A stretch of 64,000 nucleotides of DNA from IMG/VR virus record IMGVR_UViG_3300021399_000148; one strand, written 5' to 3'. Under the pieces are notes generated by a model. The model was not told the DNA's origin and did no database searches. It was given only the letters and a program-made list of their open reading frames with translations. Positions 41,639 to 50,411 of the stretch are shown here, one piece after another. Position 1 is the stretch's first letter; each line of letters begins with the position of its first letter. This DNA comes from an uncultured virus (IMG/VR IMGVR_UViG_3300021399_000148). Its lineage: Duplodnaviria > Heunggongvirae > Uroviricota > Caudoviricetes. Position numbers and translations under genes: made by a program.

Positions 41639-43448
41639 TTATCCCTCCCGTAAAGAACACCAATTTACGTCCCGCCGCGCGGCGTCTATGGCTTCGACTA
41701 TAAGATTCTTCTTCAAGTTCTTTAATTCTCCACAGTCCATAAGAAAAACTTGAATATTTATCTTTTGGGAAGCGAGAATTAATTCTTTCAAGAACTATGT
41801 CGAGACTAGAACCCGTGCGTTTTAAACGTAAATTAGCCATTTCTTCAAATAATTTAGTTGTCATTTCGTGAGGCATTAACCTCTTCACTCTTTGTTCTAC
41901 GGTCATTTTTTGACCGACTTTAGTAGCAAGAAGCGCACTTTTTGCTTCTTGTTCTTTTATTAAGAAACGCACCATTCCGCTTGTTAAGCGGGAATAGCAG
42001 TTACCATGAATTTTAGAATTTAGCGATTGATTGGCCTTTATTCCATAAAGAATTTTTTGTGCATCCTTTGGCTGAATGGCTTTATAATTATCATCGTTTA
42101 AAAAGCCATATGCTGGTAAAAAATTGCCCATTTCATCATAATGCGGCTTAATCATTTCGTCCGCTAAACCAATACCTAATCCATTCGTATCAATCACGAC
42201 TTCGCGCGGATTGAAATCAGCAATAATTTTTTTCAAATCAACTGCTTGAATTGAAAAGGGTTTAGTTTTTGGAGTGCGGCCCAGTACAATCAAATTAACT
42301 AAAGTCGCATAATATTTTTGATTAGTCACATTAACTCTAAAAATTGAAACTGCGGTTTGGTCGCTTAAACGACCTACGTCTACTGATATTAAGTAGAATT
42401 GTTCCGATCCGGGTCTATTAATTGCGTGCGTTTCAGGATTTTTTATTTTTCTGTATTTGGTTAAACGTTCATATGAGAACCACGCATCTTCACTAGAACC
42501 TTGCCAAAGAGACAAGTACTCAGTAGCAAATGATTCCGCATTATAAGATGGACTCATCTTTAATTTATTAATATATTGTTTATCAATAAGTCCGTGCATG
42601 GCGGGCAACCGCCAATCGCATCCAAACATGAAAGCGTGGTCTGGATCAATTATTGCGTTTTCAAAAGTATCTATTAAACGATCATATGCAAAAGAAGTCT
42701 TACTTCCCGCAGATGTCGTAGCTATAATCTGTTGATTTGGCTCATTGTCATTAACTGTATTATTTGGTAAACGACGAGATACATTTACAAGCGGAATTAC
42801 TACAGAGTTAATCATCTCTTCATCACCATCTCGTATCTCATCGATCATTCCACCATGCCGGCGCCCTCCACGTGCAGCATCTCCGGCGAGCACTACATCA
42901 AATACAGAACCATTACGGAATTTGAGCGTTACATAATCTTTTCCGAAATTGCCTGGATAATCGCTCAACTCCCAACCAATAACTTCCTTTTTGAGTAAAG
43001 GCCAATGATCGTAAATTTCATAAATCTTTTCTTTTGTAATTTGCGCGGCCTGTTGTTTAGTATTCGCAGTCATAAATACTTTGCGCCCTGGTATAAATAC
43101 ACATTGTAAGAAAAGAGCCAGAATAGTAATAAATGATTTTGAAAACGCACGTGGCGCCGTTATGAATACGTCTTTAAAACGCATGAGAGCGCGCAGTGTA
43201 AATCTTTGGTAAAAGAAAAGACTAAACTCTGAATCAGCGGGTCTTATTAAATCTAAATAATAATCTGGATAAACCGTAAATAAATTAACCCATTTAGTCA
43301 ATTCACTATAATGTCTTTCTAAATATTCATTAGTCAATACGGCGCCTTTCTCAAGTTCTATGCCTTCGCGCTCTGCGCGTTCAACGAACTCATCAGCCAT
43401 TAATTCTTGTCGTGCGCTTAAAATAACTTTTCTTCGTTTTTCTTGCAT
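41631..43448 (-). CDS. Terminase large subunit
   Basis: TAPRAFSKS Walker A, RGGR, IDE Walker B, SVDVG and IDTNGLG nuclease motifs, KDKYSS. Confidence 0.9.
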   Translation of the reverse strand: MQEKRRKVILSARQELMADEFVERAEREGIELEKGAVLTNEYLERHYSELTKWVNLFTVYPDYYLDLIRPADSEFSLFFYQRFTLRALMRFKDVFITAPRAFSKSFITILALFLQCVFIPGRKVFMTANTKQQAAQITKEKIYEIYDHWPLLKKEVIGWELSDYPGNFGKDYVTLKFRNGSVFDVVLAGDAARGGRRHGGMIDEIRDGDEEMINSVVIPLVNVSRRLPNNTVNDNEPNQQIIATTSAGSKTSFAYDRLIDTFENAIIDPDHAFMFGCDWRLPAMHGLIDKQYINKLKMSPSYNAESFATEYLSLWQGSSEDAWFSYERLTKYRKIKNPETHAINRPGSEQFYLISVDVGRLSDQTAVSIFRVNVTNQKYYATLVNLIVLGRTPKTKPFSIQAVDLKKIIADFNPREVVIDTNGLGIGLADEMIKPHYDEMGNFLPAYGFLNDDNYKAIQPKDAQKILYGIKANQSLNSKIHGNCYSRLTSGMVRFLIKEQEAKSALLATKVGQKMTVEQRVKRLMPHEMTTKLFEEMANLRLKRTGSSLDIVLERINSRFPKDKYSSFSYGLWRIKELEEESYSRSHRRRAAGRKLVFFTGGING

Positions 43449-44443
43449 TAGCTGCCCTCCTCCTCGGAGAGATCGGCAGAAAACTCTTCATCCGCATATA
43501 ACTCTTCAAATCCTTGATTCTCATAGTTGTCAAAGTCTGTATCATCTTGATTCAAATCATAGTAATTCTCAAGCTCTGCCGCAGTCTTCAAAGCTTGTAT
43601 ACGTTGTGTAATCTCATCTCCAATTCCACTTTCATTTGTATACAACCTCTGATTCCAACTCTGTATATTCTTAATAGTCTCATCAACTATATCTCTTGTC
43701 TCTCCATCATAAAAAGGATTGATAAATCCTCTTTTTTCGAGCCATCTGCATAACTCTCCCATCGACTCAAAGTCACTCGCATTCTTCACGTTCTTCGGCG
43801 TAAATTCTCCCGTTTTAACCAACTTATCATAAGAAGCAAGTAACTTATCAAAATCTGCGCCTTCTCTAATTCTACAGTCAATCTCATAAGAAATCTTACA
43901 AATCTTAAGTGCTTGGTCACCTTGAAGCGCGCCATTGATATTTTGAGTCAATAATAACCCATCATATAAATTTTCTAAATAATTGAGTGCCTCTTCATCA
44001 TAATTATAACCCCATTTTTCTTGAAGCTTTCTTTGTTCTTCTTCTGCAAGCCCCGGCACAGCATCAACAAGCGCACCACGTGCCTCCAACTCTTTATAGG
44101 CATCTTCGTAAGAGGACCAATCAATCCCCTCATATTCCTTGCCACCAAATTGTATAACGTAAGCCTGTAGAAGTTGCGCAGGCGCATCTTCATGGGTTTT
44201 CTTTAGCTCTTCAAATTTCTTCAAGTCAAAAGGAATATCTAAATATTGACAAATCTTATCCATAACTTCCCAAGACTCATCAACCATTAAGCGTTTACCA
44301 AGACAATCAGTACAAATATTAATATAACCAGAAGGGAAAAGAAAAGAATTAGTAGGTAGATAACTTAAGGACGATTTCGCGCGGCCGCAGCATTCGCATT
44401 TCTTTTCTTCAAAGTCTATGTCAAAAACTGGTTTAAGTGCCAT
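43448..44443 (-). CDS. Putative terminase small subunit-like protein with Zn finger
   Basis: CxCC...CxxC, DIPF, KWG; coupled to TerL. Confidence 0.5.
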   Translation of the reverse strand: MALKPVFDIDFEEKKCECCGRAKSSLSYLPTNSFLFPSGYINICTDCLGKRLMVDESWEVMDKICQYLDIPFDLKKFEELKKTHEDAPAQLLQAYVIQFGGKEYEGIDWSSYEDAYKELEARGALVDAVPGLAEEEQRKLQEKWGYNYDEEALNYLENLYDGLLLTQNINGALQGDQALKICKISYEIDCRIREGADFDKLLASYDKLVKTGEFTPKNVKNASDFESMGELCRWLEKRGFINPFYDGETRDIVDETIKNIQSWNQRLYTNESGIGDEITQRIQALKTAAELENYYDLNQDDTDFDNYENQGFEELYADEEFSADLSEEEGS

Positions 44444-44721
44444 TACTTCTCTCCTTTGGTTGCGGCCTTCAGCAGCTTATCCAAATTTCTTCTTTGCGTT
44501 CTGTTCAATTCCACAACCTTTTCAATGACTTCTTCAATCAACTTTTCGGCTGGCCGCGCCTCTACATTCAACTTCTCTTTCTCTTCTCCCTTATCTATCT
44601 CTTCATAAATCTTAACCCCAAGAATCTTACAAATCCCCATAAATTCCTGTGGTTTCAATTTACAAATCCTCTCTACAATTCTTTTCTGTCCTTTACTAAT
44701 TTTCCTCTCATCTCTATCCAT
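44443..44721 (-). CDS. Small basic hypothetical protein
   Basis: Likely start ATG 44721 overlapping upstream stop. Confidence 0.5.
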   Translation of the reverse strand: MDRDERKISKGQKRIVERICKLKPQEFMGICKILGVKIYEEIDKGEEKEKLNVEARPAEKLIEEVIEKVVELNRTQRRNLDKLLKAATKGEK

Positions 44722-46018
44722 TTCTCTTTTTTCTTTCCTCCCTTTCACACCTTTTACACTTATTTTGAAATCCATCCTTACTTCTAGATTTCCTCACCCA
44801 ATTGCGCGCATCCAACAATAGGACCCGGCCGCAGCAAGTACATTTCTTAAAGTTCTCTGGGAAAAAACAATTTTCAATCGTCTCCCTATGAAGTTCCGCA
44901 GTCTCATTAATCTTCCCTATAATCTTTTGTCTAAAAATCGTACTAATATAATTTGCAGTATACCCCTTCCCGTATTTCCTATTAATAATCTCTGCAATTT
45001 CCGCGTTTTTAACCTTCTTTTCTTTAAGTCTTAGAACTTCTAGTTGTAAGTCTGTCAATTCTGCCATATCTTCATAAAATTCGAGCGTTCGTATTAAACC
45101 TTTTTGGTTGCTTTCAATTTTAGAGTCGGCTTCGTCTCTTTCAGCTTGGTCCATAATTTCAAATCTATATAGGTAAAGCTGGTAAACGCTTTCTAAATCT
45201 CGGAAGTCGAAAGAGGTTTCGAAATCTTCTTTTTTTCTCCAGACCAACTGACTAATTTGTTGTAGTTGTTGTTCGGAGAGTCGCGCGGGGTCGAAATTTT
45301 TGTCAAAAATTATGCGGCCAATTGTTGTGTCTGCGAGTCCTAACGGTAAAACCTCAATGTCGCAATCAAAAACGGTTGAGTCTTTGTGCGGCGCGCTTAA
45401 GGTCTGTCCAAATGCGATGGTTGACTGATAGGAATCTCTAATTGTGAATTGTTCACGACGCAAGTCTACGAGTTGGTGGCGCTTTTTCAAATAGGTATAT
45501 TGGTTGAGTTTTTGGCTGCGCGCACGTATACGTTCAACTTCTTCGGAAGAGAACTTTTTTAGAAGAGTTTCTCTTGGCGGTTTCTTTCTTTTCCCTATGC
45601 GCTCTTCGTAAAAGCAAATTTCTAAGTCGATTTCGTCAATGAGGCGCCAAAGATTTTCTAGGGCCTCTTTAACGCAGTCTGGTGCATTTGCGCGGGCCTC
45701 GTTTCGGTCGAAGACAACCCGCGGTTTCTTGTAAACGGTGGCTTCGTCCAACCCTCTAACGTAAATGTGAGAAGCGGAAGTTGATTCGAGGACTGCTTCG
45801 AGTGAGTCGGGGGAGTTTTCTTCTTTACTCCATTTTGTTTCGAGATTGAGGTCTGAGCCAATTGCGGTGCCTGTTTCGTCTTTGCCCCAAAGTAGATAAT
45901 TTGCGATTGTTGTTGCCTCTTGTGGGGTAAGCGTATCAAATTGCGTTATATATCTATTAATAAAGTCAATGCGTTCTTTAGCAGACTCTAATGTAAAATC
46001 TAGTTTTAATCGATTCAT
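44714..46018 (-). CDS. Putative transcription regulator (sigma-region-4-like HTH plus C-terminal Zn finger) heading the late operon
   Basis: LTDLQLEVLRLK...NAEIAEIIN...NYIS HTH; CxCC...CxxC; own promoter. Confidence 0.55.
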   Translation of the reverse strand: MNRLKLDFTLESAKERIDFINRYITQFDTLTPQEATTIANYLLWGKDETGTAIGSDLNLETKWSKEENSPDSLEAVLESTSASHIYVRGLDEATVYKKPRVVFDRNEARANAPDCVKEALENLWRLIDEIDLEICFYEERIGKRKKPPRETLLKKFSSEEVERIRARSQKLNQYTYLKKRHQLVDLRREQFTIRDSYQSTIAFGQTLSAPHKDSTVFDCDIEVLPLGLADTTIGRIIFDKNFDPARLSEQQLQQISQLVWRKKEDFETSFDFRDLESVYQLYLYRFEIMDQAERDEADSKIESNQKGLIRTLEFYEDMAELTDLQLEVLRLKEKKVKNAEIAEIINRKYGKGYTANYISTIFRQKIIGKINETAELHRETIENCFFPENFKKCTCCGRVLLLDARNWVRKSRSKDGFQNKCKRCEREERKKRNG

Positions 46019-46037
46019 TTTGTACCCTCCTGATTAT

Positions 46038-46066
46038 ATTATACGCGTGTGCGGAGGAAAAGTCAA
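46038..46066 (-). promoter_or_regulatory. sigmaA-type promoter of regulator/terminase operon
   Basis: TTGACT-17-TATAAT on the minus strand; SD GGAGG. Confidence 0.85.
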
Positions 46067-46100
46067 ATTTCGTGGATTGATTTTATAGATTGAGGTTCAA

Positions 46101-46196
46101 TTTTTGATTTCGTGGATATTTTGATTTTTGATTTCGTGGATATTTTGATTTTTGATTTCGTGGATATTTTGATTTTTGATTTCGTGGATATTTTGA
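46101..46196. repeat. Four perfect tandem 24-bp repeats
   Basis: (TTTTTGATTTCGTGGATATTTTGA)x4, partial copy at 46067. Confidence 0.95.
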
Positions 46197-46540
46197 GGCA
46201 GGCCTCACTTTCACGGGGTAAAGTATAAAAGCAATTTTCCGTAAACCTGGCCGGGCGTTGCAAAATTGCAACACGCTAATTGTTCGGTTCATCGATTTGA
46301 CCAATTAGCAGAATTGTTCGAAAATTTTCGTTGATTGATGTAGGTACTACCTTTGGAAAATTTTTTCATTTCATTTATTCATAGGGTACTTTTTTATGTG
46401 GGTATCGTTTCATTTTATCATACCCCGTTAAGGCGTTTATTTGCGTTTCTAATCGTTTTAAATTGTTTCGCTGATATATTTATCGATTGAGTTATTAAAA
46501 TCGCTAAAAACGGCGATTTTTACGTTTAGGAACATGGCAA

Positions 46541-46571
46541 TAAAAAAGAGGCGATTGATTCGCCTCTTTTA
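46541..46571. terminator. Intrinsic terminator (possibly bidirectional)
   Basis: AAAAAAGAGGCGA-TTGAT-TCGCCTCTTTT. Confidence 0.75.
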
Positions 46572-46628
46572 TTTATTTTTTAAAATCCACATCCTTGATA
46601 TTGTATTCCTTGACTTTTACGGATTGTT

Positions 46629-47084
46629 TTAAATCTCCCATGATGTCCAGTTAACGTATGCTATCAACTCTCCATCTAACACTATATGATGAAAGTCTCT
46701 TTCAAATCCTTCTTCATTATCTACATAATCAAACAGTGCGTCAATTGCTTCTTGATTGTTCATTTCTCTATAGATTTCTTTTCCGCCTTCTTCAAAACCG
46801 ATGAAATTTTTGAAAGTAATGTGGATTACCTTATCAGTGATACCATGTTTGAAGAAGTCAACATATGCATCATCATTCTTTTCGACTTCTGCCATAAGTC
46901 GGAAAAGTTTATCTTTCTTTTCAATTCTCTCATTCATTCTATTGACTGAGATTTTCTCCAAGGTCTTTTCCAATTCAGAAAAGACTTCTTCCCATTCTTC
47001 TTCAGTCATGTTGTCGATATAGTCGTTGACCATAGCGTCAAACTGTTCTGTTATATCCATTTCGAAGTACTTTCTATCTGTCAT
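46629..47084 (-). CDS. Highly acidic hypothetical protein, paralog B
   Basis: SD GAGGAGAGGA; N-terminal ~40 aa shared with 47163..47558. Confidence 0.75.
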   Translation of the reverse strand: MTDRKYFEMDITEQFDAMVNDYIDNMTEEEWEEVFSELEKTLEKISVNRMNERIEKKDKLFRLMAEVEKNDDAYVDFFKHGITDKVIHITFKNFIGFEEGGKEIYREMNNQEAIDALFDYVDNEEGFERDFHHIVLDGELIAYVNWTSWEI

Positions 47085-47120
47085 TGTTTCCTCTCCTCTC
47101 GTTCATCTATTTAGTTTGTT

Positions 47121-47151
47121 CGTGCGGTCATTGTGAGGGAATGACCGCACG
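47121..47151. other. 12-bp stem hairpin between acidic paralogs
   Basis: CGTGCGGTCATT-GTGAGGG-AATGACCGCACG. Confidence 0.7.
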
Positions 47152-47162
47152 TTGCTTTGTTC

Positions 47163-47558
47163 TTAATATGTAATCATCCCAACTATGGGTGATATAATTA
47201 AATTCTTACAGATGAAGAGATAACTTCCAAGTGCTTTCTCTTCTTCTTCTTCGTTAGCATAGACATATCTTTCCGCCGCATCCCAGAAACTTTCCTTTTC
47301 TCGTTGTGTCCAATCTGCCATTCTTTTCTCGAGAATATCATAGGCTTCCAGTGCTTCATCATGGGTATAACTACCATCCCACGCTTTTACTTCCTCTGCG
47401 GTCAAATCTGTTCTTCTGAGCCAATCAGTTTTTGCCGTTTCGTCCAATTCGGCAAGAACATCTTCCCATTCCTCTTCGCTCAGATTGCTCATGTAGTCAT
47501 TTACCATAGTGTCAAACTCTTCAATTGCATCCATCTCGAAATATCTTCTGTTTTCCAT
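47163..47558 (-). CDS. Highly acidic hypothetical protein, paralog A
   Basis: SD GAGGGG before ATG 47558 (MENRRYFEMD). Confidence 0.75.
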   Translation of the reverse strand: MENRRYFEMDAIEEFDTMVNDYMSNLSEEEWEDVLAELDETAKTDWLRRTDLTAEEVKAWDGSYTHDEALEAYDILEKRMADWTQREKESFWDAAERYVYANEEEEEKALGSYLFICKNLIISPIVGMITY

Positions 47559-47618
47559 TGTTCCCCTCTTCTTTCTCCGTCTGCTGACGGTTAACATTGT
47601 TTTGTTCTGACACTTAAG

Positions 47619-47647
47619 ATTGTAAAGGAAATGAAAACGAAAATCAA
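47619..47647 (-). promoter_or_regulatory. Promoter for acidic pair
   Basis: TTGATT-17-TACAAT on the minus strand. Confidence 0.65.
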
Positions 47648-47849
47648 GACTTTTTTTATCAACTTAATGATATTTTTTTTATTACATTATATATATAAAT
47701 GTTTTCCCCGGTTTTTCGTTATTCCCGGCTTTTCGTTCTCATAATACTAAAGTATGACTAACATTAAAAAAGTCGCTTAAATCGGCGATTTTTGCCCTTC
47801 TCGCATGAATTTATGTTTATTCATGCCGTTTTTTAGCGATTGAAAAAAA

Positions 47850-48380
47850 TCGAACGACATTCGACAATATATCTATTTTTCGATTTGAGCGATTGAGTTA
47901 AACTTTTAACAAAGTCAACCGTTATGTTCTTTGTATGCAAATGTATATAATGCATAAATATACATGGGCGAAAAAAGAACATACGTTCGCAAACAAACAT
48001 ACGTTCCTCTTCATCGCTTTAATGCGTTAACGCGTTAACTTAATAAAGTATTGTATACAGTATGCACGTTTGAGTTAGTTCAATCTAACTAACTATTGAC
48101 AGAATTGTCAGACAATTCAAAAGATTATGTAATGTATACAATACACAGTACACACTTTAATATATTAAAGCGTTAACGCTTTACACTGATGAAGTGCGTC
48201 CGAGTTAGTTCAATCTAACTAACTATAAACTGAATCTTTTGAATTGTCTGACAATTCAGAATATTGTGTAGTGTATACAGTACGCAGTACACACTTCACC
48301 ACAGTAAAGCGTTAACGCGCTAACGCGCTAATACTTTAATACTGGAAAGCTATAAAGCTTTAAAGCTCTAAAGCGCTAAA
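47850..48380. promoter_or_regulatory. Dense array of host transcription-factor-like operator boxes
   Basis: Spo0A-like TTCGACA 47860; Rex-like 47895; ArgR-like 47950; LexA 47976 and 47994; CTTYA-N6-RAAG 48155, 48179, 48294, 48334, 48358; TGTATACA 48052, 48133, 48272; AGTTAG-N5-CTAACT 48073, 48203; CodY-like 48103, 48242. Confidence 0.7.
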
Positions 48381-48462
48381 GAATTGTTTTTAAAAAAATA
48401 CATTGACAAGAAGCCTGAGAAGTGATAGAATAGAGTTAGAAAAGGAAAGGAGAGAAAAAGCC

Positions 48463-48927
48463 ATGAAGCTGAGCACTTTTTGTACACTTGTTAAATTTTA
48501 CAAGTCTCGTTCGTTTACACATAGCTACATTTTCGGTATCCTGTTTAAAGGAAACCTGTATATGATTATCACCGATGATTCGAGTTTTGGTCAGCTGCTG
48601 AAGCTGGACAAGGCAAGCCGGGGAGCTGGCTACAGCCTGCGTTTTCGTCCGAATCGTCAGCAGAAAAGCCTGCTGATGGGCATGGAAACAATTTGTCTCT
48701 GCTCGGCTGAGATGTTCAAAACGCTCTGTGCTGAGAGCAAGTATAACAAAGGCGAAGTATTCGAAAAGCTCGTAACTGAGTACTTCGGTCAGACTTGGGA
48801 AAAGGACAACGTTCCGTTCACAGAAGATGGAGACGTCACGGTTGACGGCGTAGCCTATCAAATCAAGTTTGAACAGGCAACTTTCATCACTGAAAAGCAG
48901 ATGCTGAGAATGAGAGCAGAGGGCTAA
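48463..48927 (+). CDS. Hypothetical protein with possible PD-(D/E)xK nuclease-like motif
   Basis: GEVFEKLV...GDV...YQIKF; SD AAGGAG; start ATG 48463. Confidence 0.5.
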   Translation: MKLSTFCTLVKFYKSRSFTHSYIFGILFKGNLYMIITDDSSFGQLLKLDKASRGAGYSLRFRPNRQQKSLLMGMETICLCSAEMFKTLCAESKYNKGEVFEKLVTEYFGQTWEKDNVPFTEDGDVTVDGVAYQIKFEQATFITEKQMLRMRAEG

Positions 48928-49016
48928 TCCCTCGCTCCATTCAATAAAGTTAAAAATAGGGGTTGACAAAACAAGCTACAAGTGCTATACTAATAATAGA
49001 AAGAGAGGTAAGAAAA

Positions 49017-49241
49017 ATGCTGAGACTGAGAAATGGAGAAAGAGTGTTCACCGTCAACAAGACCGCATTCGTTAAGAACTGGCTGTTCGATGATTGGAAC
49101 ACTGGAGACAAGTTCTTCGTGAGAGCTATGGATGAAAAGACAGCTTTCGAAATTGCGGAAGCCAACTACGATAACGTAAAAGGTTACGGATGGTTCGGCG
49201 ATAACGAAGCCGAAAGAATGGGACTGCCCTTCGTAGAATAG
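49017..49241 (+). CDS. Hypothetical early protein
   Basis: Own promoter and SD GAGGT. Confidence 0.65.
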   Translation: MLRLRNGERVFTVNKTAFVKNWLFDDWNTGDKFFVRAMDEKTAFEIAEANYDNVKGYGWFGDNEAERMGLPFVE

Positions 49242-49340
49242 GGCGGTTTTATTTTGCCCGGCCCTCTTCAAAAAAAGTGTTGACAAACTTTGAAATTTGT
49301 GATATACTATATTTAGAAAAGGAAAGAGAGGAAAAGAAAA

Positions 49341-49784
49341 ATGACAAAGACAATTTACTTCGATATGGATGGAACAATTGCTAATCTGTATGGTGTTGAC
49401 GGTTGGTTGGATATGTTGATTGCGAATGATGAAACACCATATACAATCGCTAAACCACTTGTTAAAATGAATGTACTGGCAAGGGTTTTGAATAATCTGA
49501 TTCGTAAAGGTTGGACGGTTGGAGTAATTAGTTGGTTGGCTAAAAATTCCAATTCTGAGTATGATGAAAAGGTAACCAATGCAAAAATGAATTGGTTGAA
49601 TACTCATTTAAAAAGTGTGAAGTTTGATGAAATCCATATTGTTCCATATGGCACACCAAAAGAAAAGATTGCACTCAATCCGAACGGGATTCTGTTTGAC
49701 GATGAAGAACAGAACAGAAACAATTGGTACGGTACTGCGTATGACGTGGATGATATTATTGGCACATTGAAAGCGATTGCATAA
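49341..49784 (+). CDS. HAD-superfamily 5'-nucleotidase-like phosphatase
   Basis: YFDMDGT motif I, K, ILFDD motif IV. Confidence 0.75.
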   Translation: MTKTIYFDMDGTIANLYGVDGWLDMLIANDETPYTIAKPLVKMNVLARVLNNLIRKGWTVGVISWLAKNSNSEYDEKVTNAKMNWLNTHLKSVKFDEIHIVPYGTPKEKIALNPNGILFDDEEQNRNNWYGTAYDVDDIIGTLKAIA

Positions 49785-49856
49785 ATAATTTTTAAAAAGG
49801 GGTTGACAAATTGATATAAGTATGATATTATATATATAGAAAGAGAGGTAAGGGAA

Positions 49857-49940
49857 ATGGAGATTATTAAAGGAATTGCTTTTGTAACTGTATTATTTAT
49901 CGCTTTTGGACTTTGTGGATATGTAGAGGTTTTTTGTTAG
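49857..49940 (+). CDS. 27-aa membrane peptide
   Basis: Own promoter, SD, MEIIKGIAFVTVLFIAFGLCGYVEVFC. Confidence 0.5.
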   Translation: MEIIKGIAFVTVLFIAFGLCGYVEVFC

Positions 49941-49955
49941 AAGGGAGATAAAACA

Positions 49956-50096
49956 ATGACGATTAAGGAATTGAAGGATTTACTGGATAAGTTCAATGAT
50001 GATGATGTGGTTAAGATTAATGATAATGGTTGGGCGGAAGATATAACGCATATATATCGCAGTCCGTTTACTGGTGAAGTTGTTATCTACGATTAA
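49956..50096 (+). CDS. 46-aa hypothetical protein
   Basis: SD AAGGGAG; MTIKELKDLL. Confidence 0.55.
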   Translation: MTIKELKDLLDKFNDDDVVKINDNGWAEDITHIYRSPFTGEVVIYD

Positions 50097-50119
50097 AGAA
50101 CAGAAAATTCTGTTCTTTT

Positions 50120-50362
50120 TTTTCTCCGAAAATCTCCCGAAACTTCCTGTTAAAATTTTCACAATGCGCCGGCATCCTAAAATTCTTTCAGAATTTTCCG
50201 AAAATTACGCGTTCAATTGATGTTCTTGAAAAAATTCTCCTAAAACTTCCAAAAACTTCCTAAAACTCAAAAGCCTTCCAAAAATTCTCCTAAAATTTTT
50301 GGAAAATTCTCTTTTCAAATTTTAACTTCCTAAAATTAAAATTTGAAATTTTCCTAAAATTC
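50120..50362. repeat. Array of short TTCC(T/A/G)AAAA repeats
   Basis: More than 10 copies, several at ~10-bp spacing, running into the 50343 promoter. Confidence 0.75.
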
Positions 50363-50411
50363 TGTTATAATATTTTTAGAAAAAAGAGAAAAAGAAAAAG
50401 AGGTAAGAAAA

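Noticed and set aside
297..44787. Many short antisense or alternate-frame ORFs in the track
   Set aside because: Shadows of well-supported genes on the other strand or frame
46063..46304. ORFs with KISTKSKI / SKYPRNQK repeats
   Set aside because: Translations of the 24-bp tandem DNA repeat; no convincing SD
48072..48226. 25-bp repeat with ~105-bp spacer as a mini CRISPR array
   Set aside because: Only two copies, the spacers are themselves homologous, spacer too long, no cas genes
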